From NCBI GenBank assembly GCA_038496445.1, contig JALMLS010000210.1, positions 106,448 to 170,447 on the forward strand: DNA of 64,000 nt. Direction: 5' to 3'. The position numbers were made by a program, and so were the translations under genes. Each line of letters opens with the position of its first letter. The first letter of the stretch is position 1. Positions 1 through 14,368 of this stretch are shown piece after piece. The notes beneath the pieces are model-generated. The model made no database searches and was not told the DNA's origin. It saw only the letters and a program-made list of their open reading frames with translations. The DNA is from Trichosphaerium sp. ATCC 40318 (taxonomy: Eukaryota; Protista; Tubulinea).

Positions 1-957
1 TGAAGGTGTTAAAAAGGATGTATCTTCTGGAAAAAAAAAGGCTAATGGAAAAGTGTTGGTACGAGACCTATCACCGTGATTCTGCGATTATTTGCTGATA
101 AATTAATTATTTAGATATCCGTCGGTTCATCAAGCGAAGATTCAGATTCTGATGATACTGAACAATTCGAAAAACCAGAGAAAAAAGTATCTACAAAAAA
201 ATTGCAAAAATCGGAGCCTAAGGCAATGAAGAAGACATCAGCAAAACAACTCAAAAAATCGTCGTCATCAAGCGATAAGAAATCAGACAAAACCAAAGAA
301 CCTAAAGTAGCTTTGGATGAGAAGGTTCGCCATACATACAGCGACCCAACAACATTTAACATGATATTTAGCCAAAGAAGAAAAAACGTCATCTAGCTTC
401 TCATGAAAGAGACTACTTCACTGGTAAACCACTCACCCCAGATAGTACGTTAGTATTTAATAGGCCTATTATTTACTTGTTCTTTAGCACCGGGAGTTAT
501 AATCACTGGTCGTTATGCGTGCCTTAAACAAAACTTCAAGTGTCTTAATTGTAAGTCCAAGAGTTTTGATGATCCAAGTACGTACCTGTTATCTACTTTA
601 CCATTCTAACGATATATTTCAGAGATAGCGCATCACAGTATGCCAGATGGTGACGGTTTGTATTGTGCTGAATGTATTGACAAGCTATGGCCAACCCGAC
701 CTCCAAAACCTGCTCCAGAATTTGAATATCAACGTATGTACTTTTTATTTTCCTTTACCTACTTTTGGATAAAAAATGACTTCTCTTAACCCTCTTTTCT
801 AGAGGAAGGATCGTACAAGGCTATACGAAAACGGGAAAAGATTGAGTACAAGATCGAGAAGTTACAAGCCAAGCACGAAGAGCTCATGAAACCAAAGGAG
901 AAAAAGGCCAAAAAAGGAATACTAGGCATGAAGAAAAAGAGTAAGGATAAACATTAA
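1..957 (+). CDS. 5'-partial multi-exon Lys/Ser-rich protein with a LIM-like zinc-finger half (FKCLNC...DGLYCAECIDK)
   Basis: GT-AG introns (~59-114, ~326-371, ~445-487, ~578-622, ~734-802) join open frames; C-x2-C...LYC-x2-C resembles the second finger of a LIM domain; stop TAA 955-957. Confidence 0.6.
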
Positions 958-1314
958 CAATAACAAATGTAGCTCTCCTAAACCCATAAATAAATTTTGC
1001 TAATTTACTATTTTAATAACATGCCATACTCCCTTGGGTTAGCTTCTATAATAGCCAGCCGTGAAACTTTGCTTCAATAGACATCTTCCAAAAAAACCAG
1101 TTGGTTTGTTTTTTGGTTTTTTTCATACTTTCAGAAATTCTAGACCATATTGCTGACACGTGCATGAACTCTCTGAAGAAGTAAAGCGTTTATACTTTAA
1201 TAAATAAATTGCAGTATATGCAGTAGTTTGTTTGTATGTACAATAGTTACAAGTAGGAGTTTTTTTTTTGGTTAAAAATAGCATCACGTTTTTTTTTGTT
1301 TTTGTTTTTTCTTG

Positions 1315-1899
1315 TTATATGGTGTGGAAGGGCACTTCTTCGTCATCAAGCTCGTCAAATAGATCCTCACATCCCAAATCCTTTTTTTTATGTAAAAATG
1401 CTCTCTTGCGCTTAAATTTGATCAATGTCAATGCGTAGTGCGAGCCATCAGTGCTTGAAATTGAAAGCCATCTTTTTTTCTTCCATCTAGAAAACCTCGT
1501 TTTTCTCACTGGGTTACCAATTGTTGTCCTGTAGATCTTTGTCTATAAATACTATAAGCATGATGTAACATTCTATAGTACTCCGAGAAGCCTTCACTGA
1601 GTGGTGTTGAAGTAAAAAAACGGCAGCAAAAAAAAAGGGTCGTTTCGCACCTTTGTTTCTATTTGTAGCGTCCCAGGTATATGTCTAGGCCAATTAACTC
1701 TCGGTATTGATAGAAACTGTGTGTTTTTATCACATGACGCATCGTAACGTTTACCTATTCCAATGTCACGTGTATATAAGGGATAACCTTTCGATTTTTC
1801 CGTACGTCCTACAAGAATGAAACATTTTATAGTTCTCTCCTTTGTAAATAGCTCATTGTGAAGTGAATACGTCATTATCTTTATATCAAACGTTGCCAT
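1315..1899 (-). CDS. hypothetical protein (probably two exons)
   Basis: ORFs 1594-1902 and 1315-1509 can be joined in frame by one GT-AG intron; no recognisable family. Confidence 0.35.
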
Positions 1900-2974
1900 C
1901 AAAGGAATAAGCGTAAATACTGAAAAAGAACTGATGAAGTACTGGCTTACTAGGCGAAACTTCGGTAAAAAAAAAAAGTTCCTTAACGAAGAATTCTCGA
2001 TTCTGTATTATTTGGTTTGTCCCATTATTTGCGGTACAATCAAGAGCCAGGAAAACAAGTCATTCCGTGAATATCTTCATATCACACCTGTAGTGGTAAC
2101 AATTTTAGTGATGTTTTTGAATCGGTCTTAAGATGAGTCCAGGAACGAAAAAGTTATCCTGAACATGAAGTATAACAAAGGAAACGTTGTTGAAGATATG
2201 GATATCATTCAATATGCTGTGAATGCGTTTCAATGGAGACGTGAAGAAAACGAGTTAATGCATGAGTTTGTATCACAAAAATCATAGAGAAACAAACCAG
2301 ATGTTTCAGTTGTCAATACCTTAATGAAATTGATAATAAGTTTGTAAAAAGTGCTTGGATTCACCGATATAGAACGTGTCAAAGTCCATAAAAAGAAATA
2401 TAAGTACTTGCTACACCAACCATAAACGTCCAACAACTAATGACCTACAGAGTTCTGACAAGCGTCGCAACCCGAAATCCCTACCAGAGTGCCACCATCT
2501 ACTCGACCACGTACAAACTCACCACGTGTACCACAACCTACAACTCAAGTGTCCTCTCTGACGCTGACAACAATTGCTCCAACTACAGAGGCGTTGTGAT
2601 CGACTGAAACTTTGATAACCGGTCCTATGGAAAATGTCAAGTGCTCTTTTGGTAGTTTACCATTGGCCTAAACGATGTGTTCTCTCAACAACCACTCTGA
2701 TTACTTCCTAGCTGCTAGAAGCTTAAAATTGCAAATGCAACTTTCGTATCTCAAGACAGTGAGTCTGTGAACAATTTGCCCAAATAATTACGGCGAAAAT
2801 AGCCCAATTTTACAGTTCCCGTTTAGCAGTTCGGTAAATGAGCATACTGTCGTATTTGCTGGTTTGGGTACTTTAGACAGTGAGTTCAGCTTTCAGTGAT
2901 CACTTTACATTCGGTTGACTTTTTGGTGGTTTCACCTGAGAGATATTTTACTTACAAACTAAAACCCGCACAAC

Positions 2975-4208
2975 ATGGCAGAACGTTCAATAACAGACGT
3001 GGCAATGCAAAATCCGCTAGGTATAGCCACTGGGCTTCTTGCTGCAGGCGCAATGGGCTTAGTATGGTGGTTTGGAGGAAAGGAGTATAAAATAATGGAG
3101 AGATCTGCAGCAGATGGCGTAATCGATAGTGGAGAGATACAGATGTATAAAAATGTAAAAGAAACTTATTATTACGTCGGTGGCGGCCTGGCGATAACAG
3201 GTGCATCAGGGTATGCGTTTTATAAGTTACTGGGTACGTATTACGCGGTTGTGACATAAAAATAAACAACTACCGTAGAAATGACTTCAATGGATAATTT
3301 CCATGTTATAAGCTCGCTTGCGTTTGTAAGCAGCTTTGGGGGATTGATTGGAAGCTTCTGCATGCCAAAAACAAACACAGTGTACGAAAAGAACTACAGA
3401 TACCCTCAGCCCTATCTAATTACCTCATTTGATTAGTGGACGTGCTGTAGCGTTTTCCTTATTTAACATTGGAATGGGCGCTGCTTTATCGCCTATTGGT
3501 ACGCGAGGATGAAATGATAGCCAATTAGCGGTGTTTTCATTGTTTTCTAATTTTAGTGTTCGCGTTCGAGAACGTTTCATTAAAAGTCCTTTAGGTTTCA
3601 TTGATCCAGTGCTAACCAGTCAAGCTGCACTAGCTACAGGAGCTGTAGTAGGTGGTATAACAGGAGGTACACTCAATCTTCATTTGCTAGCGTTTGGACC
3701 CTGTTTTATGCAGAATTTACTTTGAAGTAACAAAAATTAACTCTTTTCTTTTAGTTGCCCTCTCAGCTCCACTCACTAACAAATGGATGTGGTTGGGTGC
3801 GCCTTTGGTTGTTGGTTTGAATGTAATGACTGTTGGTACGTCAAAATCTTACACTCAACACTTGCTTGCTATTGCTCTAACTTTTCTTTTTTTTTCAAAA
3901 GTCAACTTGTCCAAAGCTCTTACTGGATCCCATATCCTTGATTTCGAAATGTCTCTGTGGGGTACAGGTCTATTCTCTGCGTTCTTGCTATTCGATACTG
4001 TAAAGCTGTTTCACAAGGCAAGAGCAGAAGGTGATAATTATGATCCTATGCTCTCATCTTATGATATTGTGCGTGTTTTTTTGATGCATCTTTCATCTTT
4101 ATCAAGCTTTTTCTGACTTTCTTTTTTTAGTACCTTGATATATTGCGTATCTTCATGGAAGTCCTTAAGGCAATGCTTGCTGCAAAGAAAGACAAAGATA
4201 ACAAATAA
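2975..4208 (+). CDS. GHITM: Bax inhibitor-1/YccA family multi-pass membrane protein, GHITM/MICS1-like
   Basis: Spliced product contains VKETYYYVGGGLAITG, QAALATGAVVGGIT and FLLFDTVKL...YDPMLSSYDIYLDILRIF, typical of GHITM/TMBIM5. Confidence 0.8.
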
Positions 4209-4575
4209 ACTTGATCCACTCACGCCACGTTATCAAACAAATACGGTCGGGCTAAACCATAGTATGTGTTTGTGAAAAATGATGTTGTATTTATTTCTAA
4301 TAAATAGTATACTGGTATTTATGTAAACTGAAGTGTTGGGTCACCTTTTGAAAAAAACTCTTACTTTAGATGCCAATCACGCATGGAAATCAGCAGTGAA
4401 CAGCCACAAACTATGATCAAAGTGGTCCCTGAGGTTATAACGAAGGTTTAATACTGCTACAGGCTTGTAAGATTAACGAGACCTGAATTCTGAGACACGA
4501 AATTGAGACATTCTTTGACTTGTTTGAAATGTGAGTTTTCGTTATTTTTCTTTTGATCGCCAATAACTCAACCCT

Positions 4576-5125
4576 ATGCGCATCTTTATCTTCGTCTCAT
4601 TGTTTATCGCTTTCGCTACTCTAGCTGCAGTCATCCCACACGGTTCGTATTGTGGAGAATACGACGAGCTCGCTTCTATTCGCATTGATGTCCTTTCTGA
4701 GACACTAGTTAACCTCAACGCAACTGTTTTTGGAAGCCCTGTTGTTTGCGATAAAGAAGCAGTACGTACCCTCCTTTTTCACGTTTTAAACTACGGATTT
4801 ATTACCTAATATCACGTGATGCTAAACAAACTTCGAAAGGTCCAATACGATCCGACATCTCAAGTGATTGTTTTACCAGACATTAAAAAGCCAGATGATT
4901 GTGTAGGAAAGATTCTCTTGAACTACGGTGTAGATCCAAGCGCAATAGCCGCTCATTTTGACCCTTCTAATAATACAGTCGCTCTTGTTGTTGAAGGATA
5001 CATTGACATTAACATGGAGGAATGTAAAACAATGCCATACAGTACGAGAAAAAAAAACTTTCTTCCAAACCAAATTTGGCCTTTCTAACATTCTTTCCTC
5101 TTTAGAAGTTCTCAACGGTTTGTAA
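4576..5125 (+). CDS. small secreted Cys-containing protein
   Basis: Signal peptide MRIFIFVSLFIAFATLA, motif PHGSYCG; two GT-AG introns; stop TAA 5123-5125. Confidence 0.7.
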
Positions 5126-5324
5126 TCTTTCTTTTGGGTTATTAATAAATACCGATTCTCCACTAATCTTTTTCTGTTACTTTTTCCAAATCACGTGGTA
5201 AACTTAATAATGTATTGACAAACGACCGCAATTTCTGTAGAAAAGAGCTCATTTTTTTACATAAAAAAATAAGAGCTTCAAACACTGCGCATTAAGCCAA
5301 GCGTTCCAGAACTGTATTGTAATC

Positions 5325-6476
5325 ATGTCGACGGCATTACGCGCTTGTTTAGTTGTATTCTCACTATGTAGTCTGTTATATAGCCAAGTACAAGAGAATA
5401 ACGTTGATGTTAGCGTGTTCTCAAGCGATGTCGCTCTAAACTACTCTCTTGGTATTGTTGTACCGATTGGTGGAAGCGGGCAAGTTAACGGCAATTTTTG
5501 CGCCATTAATTACAAGATTGACGGTAAGTGGCGTTAACCAGTGTGACCACGTGGTATTTGTATTCCTCACGTGATTTTGAATAAAATTAGATGACGCATA
5601 CGTACAGCTTGGCTTGAGAATACAAAATAGAAGTGGTATTGGCAGTGTGCCACTACAGGATAATTATTATTTGGCTGACAAAGGAAGATACACTCCAAAT
5701 AACGGATCTCTATGGAATGTCGATGTACAAATTGATACCGGTACTTCTTACCTTGGAGAGCAGCTTGGGATGGCGTTAAATCCTGTAAACCTAAAAGATG
5801 AAGAGTACGTCGCTTGAGAATCTCAAAACTATTTTGGGTTTTTTTTTCGTTTTGGGTTTTTGCTGTGCACGTTTTAATTGGATCTTCCTCAGGTATGATG
5901 TACAGTTTAGATTTGATATAGACCCAACCGATAACGTCAATTTTATCGATGTATTATTTGCAGAGGCTTTACAAAATGTGACAAGTTCTTTGATTTATTT
6001 AATTCAACTTTCTATACCACCTGCAGTTGGCCCTTACTTCCTGAATCCTGATGTACGTTAAAGAATATTTTCTGTGCTTTATAAAGATTTAAGAATAGTA
6101 ACCTCGACTTACTAATACTCCAACATACGTTGAAAGCAGACTATTGATCACGCAACACTTTTCCTTTATTTTTTTTTCTTTTTTTTTGAAATCAAGCAGT
6201 TTTTTGGCTTACGAGCTTCTTCTTTAGATACCAGGTCAATACACCTTCGAATTGAACCTTATAGCAAATTCTACAAAAGAAGTTGTGGCACAAGTCAGAA
6301 CATTATGTTTAGTTGATGTTCCTGTACCAACGCCAGTAGCACCAAGTCCTCCTTCGGGACTTACAGCAGGGGCAATTGTAGGAATTGTTCTTGGTCTTTT
6401 GTTTGGGATTGCAATGATTGCTGTACTTCTTTTCTTTGTCCTAAAGAGCAAGAACTATCAACCCATTAAGAGCTAA
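5325..6476 (+). CDS. type I membrane protein (signal peptide, Pro-rich linker, C-terminal TM)
   Basis: Signal peptide; several exons; VPVPTPVAPSPPS linker then AGAIVGIVLGLLFGIAMIAVLLFFVL and a short tail with YQPI. Confidence 0.75.
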
Positions 6477-8592
6477 AGAAAAACAAAAGAAGCTCCTCAG
6501 CAAATAAAGAAATTCAAACAAATTAAAAAGAACTTTTTATTTTAGAGTTGCGGTGTGCTGCATGCGTTGAGCTTCCTGTTACTAGTTGGTAGACATTATC
6601 TGTCAAGTGAGGACACAACTCATTCAGTGCCTAGAGAAACACCGGGAGACGAGAAAAACAACGTACACATTCTACCTCTAGAAACAAAAGTGTGTCCCTT
6701 AGATGATAATTATTTAGTGTGTTGTTCATTGTTGTTGCATATACTCCGGATTTCAACAGTGAGTTTGCGTCCCCTGATGAAAAAAACCCTGAAAAGAGAT
6801 GCCTAACGAGGTCATGTACGTTATTATAAGACCTCCAATGCGTGCTATACTCAATCTTATATTGGGCGGTCCAGTGCCAGCTGGAACATCTGGTACAGCA
6901 GTAGAGACTGCTCTCGCTGCGTATGACCTTTTTTTGAGTTCTATGCTTTAATAATTAACATCTTATTTCATTTCAAAGTGCACGTGTCCAAGGTTTGGAA
7001 GTTGTTGTTTCCGCTGGAAACATTAATACAGATGCTTCTTTGCCACCTGCAAGGTTTGCGGAGGGTATAACGTACGAACTTTATTGAATTGATAAGCAAG
7101 TTCAACAGCGGCAAACTGTACCTAATGCTTAACAAGTATACTGTTACTAAGCCTGTTTTAGACGGTCCAAGTTCTTTGTCTATTTTGTTACAGCATAGCC
7201 ATATCCATACCCTAGACTAGCAAGAAGCCATGCTGTTGCTGAACTATTGACAACTTCAGTAAACCACCATTTACTTGATTTGAAAGGATCCCAACCAAGA
7301 ATGTTACGTTCTGTCACATGTTGACTTCCAAAATTGGCCAGCTTGCATGAATTAGAAAACATGCACAAAGGAAAATAAAATATTCACATCCTCAGCGCTG
7401 GCTGTATTTGCCTTTAATTTTTACAGCGCGTAGCTTCAATCAACACTCTTTTCATATTGAGGGTGTGCTGGCTTGAACCAAGCAACGCTAAACAAATATG
7501 AGGTTCAAAGCAAGTTGGCCCTGGGAACTCTACTTGAAACAAGTGAGAGTGACAAAAACACGTCAGTGTTGCTAATGTAAGAGAGCTTCTGCGCTTGCTT
7601 CACATACCAAAAGACACAGTTGATGCTCCACAATGACCTACCATTGTAACTTGGTGAACTAGCAAAGTAAATTCTGTGCTTAGCAGTTGCTGCTTTGTTT
7701 ATACAAAGTTACTATTCGGAGACAAGTACCAATGTAATGTGGTTCAAGTCATGTATTAAGTAGGAAGAAGGCCGACTTTGAATGTTAAAAATCAAACGAA
7801 GATTGCTCACACATTATTTGAACTTGACAGAGAAGAAATCCACTACTATTTTTGAGTTAAAAATTGCGTACATTATTTCTAACCGTACTCCGTGCCCAAT
7901 CAACTGAGATTAGTCTCATAGATGCCCTATTGTCAATGCATGTTCGGACTGTATGTTAGAACACGTGAATACTGCGTATTTTAAATGTTCTAGTTGTTAA
8001 TCTCGTGGGACTTCGTGTGTCCGAGATGCAGCGTGAAGATTCAACATTAGTGGCTACTGTCTGACCTACATGAGAAAAGCATTCTATAGTACAATAAGCA
8101 AAATTAGCGCTTCACTGTATGACACGTGAACTGCAGGAAATAAAGTTCGATGAAACTTTTCAACAACTTTCTGGGTCTAATATAGGTTAACAAACACGTT
8201 TTAGTCGAGATTGGGACTCGTTTTCCTATGTGCATCGTTTGTTACTAGTAGTTATTAGGTCACGTGATTACCACACAATAATACGCAAATATTTTTCATA
8301 AAGTCAGAAAATCACGTGACTAAAACAGAAATCTCGAGATCCCACGGGATATATCTAATTCGGCTATTTTTTGCGTCTATCATAAAGTCTTTATTGGAAC
8401 TTCCTTGCTACAATAACTAAAACATAGTCATTTCTAGGCTTCTCAAGTACACGTTTTATCGAAAATTATTTAGACCTGTGAGTCTTTGACATGTGCAATA
8501 TACTATATAGCGCTATTGATTGCCCATGTGTACTTTAATTCAAACTCAGCCGAGAAAAGTCAAATAAAAGCAAAAACAAGCAACAAAAAAGC

Positions 8593-9006
8593 ATGAGCAA
8601 ACACACAAGAACTATGACAAATACTAGACATCCTATCTACCGTAAAGGTTTATCGGTATCGGACTTGTTAGCACCATACGTAAAAAGAAGTGAATTAAAG
8701 CGAAGAGGGTTTCCGCCAACATACGAGCAATCAATGCTTAAACTAGGTACAAAAAAACTCAACTGTAAAACGTGCTTTATTGTTAACTTCTCTTGTTAAG
8801 TTGGTAGATTTCATTTACGACAACCTATACAAGGCAAACCAAAGGAAGAAAAAAAGTTGCAGTTGCTAAAAACAATGCAACAGAAAGGACCGTTTCAGTG
8901 TAAGAAAGCGTTCATTGTAAAAAGCACAACAAAGTTTTATTGGCAGTATTACACGGAGGATATTTTGCTGATTGTGTTTCCACCCAAATCTTTTGAAGCT
9001 CTTTAG
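8593..9006 (+). CDS. small hypothetical protein or pseudogene, weak SAP-like segment (RSELKRRGFP)
   Basis: ATG 8593, GT-AG intron ~8747-8800, open frame to TAG 9004-9006; the frame of exon 2 is ambiguous. Confidence 0.3.
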
Positions 9007-10267
9007 ACAGATCACAGGCACTGTATTGGTATTGTAAATAAAAATAAACCTATTTAAAGCGAAAAATTAATACACCAAGCAGTGATAATAGTAAACCTTT
9101 TGAACTTGTTCAGATACCCAAATATTGACAATGGCGGTTTCGGCTAGTTGTTCCTTTTCATGATTGTAGCGTACTGAGTCATAAGATGAGGTCACGATGA
9201 ATGATACTGATAACTAAAAACAACACTTGAGAAAAAACTAAAAGGGCAGGTAAATGATGACGTTTGAAGCCCGTGAATTAACGTGCTCGGAACTTCTAAC
9301 AAAATTCACATAAACCTTTCACAATCAATAAAACATGGAGTTTGTCCATAAACACATGTTTTAAAAAAGATCTTATAAAGCAATTATACAACCTCATAAA
9401 GCAGTTTGGATTCTAGCGCTATAGCGTGAGAATAAAGCCGAAAACTGGCACTTTTTCAAAACAAAACAAAACAACACAGAAAATAAGAGATACACGGGAA
9501 ATAAACAAAGTGGATTACTCAGTATTCGAAAAAGCTGTCGACATGACATATAAAATTACTTCAACTTTCTAAAACTATTTTAGGTTGATGTAACAATTCA
9601 GTTCGCTCTCTTACAAACATCTGTATGGTTCCTCGGGTACCAAGCGTAATTACATTTTGTAACGATGATGACATAGTACGAATGGTATTCTATGGAACGG
9701 CAACCAGCAACAGTCACCTATATTTAACCCATAAGCACAGGGTTGTTTTTTTATTGTAGCGCGTCTTCCGTTTTATACACTCCTAATTGTGTACAATGAT
9801 TTGAAAAATATGGTTCTGATTTTCACGTGCTCAATACCCTTTTACAAAATAACTGTTTTTAACCACGAAATATAGATAGGTCTATTCTACGTCGCTAATT
9901 TAGCTAAATTTGGGGTGCTGGTTTTGGGCTTGGGTGACAACATTTTTTGGTAGAAAACAGCTCATTTTTTGCAAATCAATTTGCGAAAAGTAGCGCTAAG
10001 CCCTTTTCCAAAGTTCGAATATCACAAAAGTTATCCTTTTACTGTAGCCAGCATTTGAAATAGACAACATTTTCTTTCAAAACTAGGTACGTTTAAAAAA
10101 ATGCACAAGTGGATTCTTTGTCTTCCCAGTTTTTTGTTTTCAAAAGATATGGGTGTAGGGCAAATACAAGTGAATATAGAGCTCTGTTCGGTTTCGGTGA
10201 GGCTTGTAGCTTTGAAAACAGAGTATTAAAAGATCAGGTGATAAATGTATATTCAAGTACATTCTGT

Positions 10268-12126
10268 TTACTGTGGGGTTATGCGGAACATAGCAACGCC
10301 GTGAGGTTGAACATGAGCAGAAAATACTCCTGCAAACGTACCAACGTCCTTGTGCTCATACAAGTCTCTGAATTTGGCAGATCCTGAAATACCTATCTGA
10401 GGGAAAGAAGCGGTGATTGATACAGCAGAATCATTCGTGTTAAAGAGCACTAACGCCTTATCTCCATTATGCAATGGACGGACCCATATTTGTTTTCCAT
10501 TTAGATTACTAACACGTTGGCCTTGTTTACCCATTGGATCTTGGTCAACAGCAATGATCTCCTTGTTAAGTAAGATCTCTAACAAAAAGTAAGACAAAGG
10601 TAGATAAAAGTACACTACAAAAGAAAATGACAAGCACTTACGTCTAAAGTTATCTGTTATTGTTCGAAGGTCATTGGACATGAGTAATGGTGCTGCAAGG
10701 ATAGACCATATTGCCATTTGAGATTTCGCTTCTTCTTCATTGAGACCGGTGTCGCCGATGATCAACATATCAGGGTCATTCCATTGTCCTGGTCCAGCGT
10801 TTGGAATCAACATTGCTTGATTGTCAGCACACCAATTGATAATACCTTGTTAACACGATTAACTTCTGATTCTGTTGTATCTAATTTATACCTAGAACAG
10901 ACTTCCAGTTATTTTGGATATCGTCATACATACGCCACATGTTGCCTATAACATCAAACTTAGGAAACGAAGAAAAAAAAAGTAATTCTGGTACAATTCT
11001 TTGTAACGTCTGACCAAGTCACATTCATGTATGCCGGCCAACTGCACGAATAAACTAAGATAATTAATTCAGGATTAACTGTGCTATACGATTGTGACAG
11101 TGGGTAAAGTGGAATACAAAAAAAGCAAAATTAATCGTCTTGTGAATTTTTTTCTCGAAGTATATTGTACCGAAAGGACGACCAGTTTTTAACAAAGCAC
11201 GACTCATTTGTGGGTAACCAATATTTTTTGTAGCTTCATCTGAATAGCAGCCTGATAAAAAAGTATTGTTAGTGTAAAGAAGACAAATAAGCTTGCTTTT
11301 TGTTTATTAACTATTCTGAAGGCGTACCGTCTAATTTGAGCATATCGATACCCCAAGAAGCAAAAGTATCTGCATCTTGTGTTATTTTATCGAGTGTAGT
11401 TCCAGGGTAACCGCCACAAGTATGTGTACCCAAATCCTATCAAATTTCGTCACGTGACTTAACACTAAAACTAAAACTCGAAAATGTAAGTAAAAAACGA
11501 ACCTCATAGATACCAATCTTGAGTCCTTTGGCATGGATGTAATCCGCCAGCCATTTAATACCGTGAGGGAATCTCGTAGGATCAGCTTCAAGACTACCAT
11601 TAGCGTTCCTGCCTGCTTTATTCAACCAACTAAATAACATAAATTTGTTGCTAACAAAGTTGAGCGTATGTTACCAATCATCAATGTTCACGTGATTGTA
11701 ACCGGCGTCCTAAGGAAAAAGTTGGACGTTACTTCACACGTGTTTATACAACGTACAAGGTAACCATCAGCAGCCATTCTATCGGCCATATCTAAGTTGT
11801 AACAATGTTATCTCACGTGCGTTTTGGCAAATACGGAAACAACTGCCAACTGCCAAAAAAAGTGTTAAAATTTTAACTTTTTGGTACCCATAAACAGTTT
11901 TTCAGCGATACAAGTGTCTGGTGTTGCTTCGCAGTCGATATTACATCTAAACTTCTCCCAATCAAGCCATCCCACTATACATGTAAGTTAGAACGTATTT
12001 GTAACGTTTCGGTTAAATTTCGATTAAAAAAAGCTTACTGACAGGCGTTCGCGCTTGGCCGTTGTCGAGGCCACTCACAGATATTGCGAAAGCAAATATT
12101 ATCAATAAAACAGCGTATCCCTTCAT
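10268..12126 (-). CDS. NAGA: GH27 alpha-N-acetylgalactosaminidase/alpha-galactosidase, copy 1 (secreted, about 11 introns)
   Basis: [29 protein letters not shown], nucleophile [14 protein letters not shown] (NAGAL-type loop), acid/base [29 protein letters not shown]. Confidence 0.92.
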
Positions 12127-13672
12127 GTGTTGGAGTGCACTTGATTAAAAAAAAATGGCTAGATTAAGCGAGACTGAACAAAAAAAGAAGTTGGAGATTT
12201 TGGAAGTTTGTAGGAAATTCAGCTCAACCCAACTACCCTTAAGCCTTCAAGGTAAGACCTGCACCTAAGAATGCGTGGGTTAATGCCAACTGAAAAATAC
12301 CACCTTCTAGTGAGTAGCTACAACGTAAAATTGAGTTAATCGGCCAGTTTTTTTTTTCTTTAAGCCAGCTTTGGTCAAGACTCACACCTGAAATCGAAGT
12401 AAAAGCGCTAGTCATGAACAAACCTTTCAATACAAGACATTTAGACGTCGTGTAGTTGTGTAAACTTATAATCCGCAAACTTATCAAGTTTAGCTTGATT
12501 TAAGTGAACAGTTTGTACACGCGTTCACAGTAATTTCACTTTACCCTTGAACGGTTTACCACAACTGCAGTCGGTTAAAATTTACGCGAAAAAACTCGTA
12601 GAATACGCATCAATTTGTTATTAAAATGGCACGTGTTGTATGAAAAAAAATACTAAGCAAATTCTAGGATAAGGAACCAGGTTTATTAAAATTACCAGTA
12701 GAGCTTCATCTTGATATTTCAGACTTAGACACTGAAGTTTACAAAAAGTTACCACTCTTGTGTAAACAAACCTCTCTCGTACGTTATGATGCGAGTCTAT
12801 TGAAACATGGTCTGTGGGTTGCGACATTACAGGAGGTAGTGATTAAAAGCCAACACTGGGATCATGGTAAACGGGAAGATCAATACAAGAGGTGGAACGA
12901 GAATGGAGAATTGCGGAAACAGATCAATTACGTTAATGGCAAAAAGCAAGGAGAATGGAAGAAGTGGCATGAAAACAACCAATTGCGGGAACAGCGCAGT
13001 TATGTTGATGGCCGAAGGCAAGGAGAATGCAAGAGGTGGCATAAGAATGGGCAATTGTTCGAACAGTTCAACTACATTGATGGTAAGCGACAGGGAGTAT
13101 ACAAGAAATGGCAAGACAATGGGCATTTGGAGAAGCAGTGCCACTACACCGATGGTAAAAAGCATGGAGAATGTAAGACGTGGTATGATGGCAAATTGAG
13201 GAAACAATGTAGGTATGTTGATGGCAAAAAGCAAGGAGAATGGAAGAAGTGGTTTGAAGACAAATTATGGATACACGACAATTATGTCAATGGTAAAATG
13301 CATGGCGTATGCAAAAGATGGTTTAGTAATGGCCAATTGAAGCAACAATATAATTACGTAAACGGTGAAAGACACGGTGAATACAAGGAATGGCTTGAGG
13401 ATGGTAAATTGGAAGAAAAAGGCAATTATGTTAATGACAAATGGCATGGTAAACGCACAAAATGGAATAAGTACGGCAAATTATTAGTACGTTGCAATTA
13501 CCAAAAGGGCAAATTACATGGGCAATACCAGTTTTATAACAACGGTTCATTAGTAGAAAAGCACAATTATTTTGAAGGTAATATGCATGGGATATGCAAG
13601 AAATATACTTTGAACATGTGGGAATCGACGCAGTGCAAGTTCATTCATGGTAAACAGCAAGGAGAATGGGAG
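12009..13672 (+). repeat. copy A of a ~1.6-kb inverted segmental duplication (partner 33955-35528)
   Basis: GH27 exon 1, the shared intergenic region and the whole MORN-variant gene align to the reverse complement of 33955-35528. Confidence 0.95.
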
Positions 13673-13675
13673 TAG
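12626..13675 (+). CDS. F-box-like N-terminus + MORN-variant (MORN_2/YwqK-like) repeat protein
   Basis: ATG 12626, GC-AG intron 12629-12667, then in-frame DKEPGLLKLPVELHLDISDLD (F-box-like LLxLP) and ~11 repeats of W(Y/H)ENGQL...YVDGKKQGE. Confidence 0.85.
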
Positions 13676-13929
13676 CTGAAATAGCAGGATGAAATTAACA
13701 GCGAAACATGACGCACTTTTCGTCTATTTTCTGAGAATTGTTGCTCAATTTTTTATTGTTGTGTGCATTCCTTTAATAAACAACATGTAGTCATATAATT
13801 GTGCGCGAAAACTCAAAGAGACTACTAACTACAAATGTCTATTTCACGTGATCTTGATAATTTTGGACACCTGTTTGTAAAGCTATTTAAACAATGAATA
13901 GATGTGCAAGGCCTATGCTAACCTCAATG

Positions 13930-14210
13930 TTCTGATACCACTCTGTATTCTACAGTTTACCATAACAAATACATCCATTTTCCACCATTGTAAACATTCG
14001 CCAGTGGTCTGTTTTTATGTTTTGTACACAAACATCCTCGTATGAAGCTGCAGCTAATAATATCACCAACTGCTTTTCACAATTCATTGATCACTATTGT
14101 TTATTCATTAACAAAAAACGATAATCTTGTGCCTACATTGCATGATAAACTTTGTTCGTACAATTGTACTTCTACTATATTTTCGTGGTGTTCCGTGTAG
14201 ATTGCTTTTA
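13930..14210 (-). pseudogene. decayed MORN-variant repeat relic
   Basis: Minus strand gives the fragments NLHG and GECLQWW/ENG (13973-14002) among stops and frameshifts. Confidence 0.35.
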
Positions 14211-14368
14211 AGTTTTTAAGTAGTTCCTGTCATACTTCCACTCACGTTTCTCCGGTAATTTCTCCTGTTTGGCTTCTCTCACGTAATGGAGAGTTGATGC
14301 GCCTCGATTGCAGTTTTGTCTGCCTTAGCAATTTCGGACATTTTAAGCGACGAAAACACTTGTAAGCA

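Noticed and set aside
6800-7750. Minus-strand gene relic with a VPDVP linker and hydrophobic end
   Set aside because: It contains stops and no family could be assigned; too weak to list as a feature
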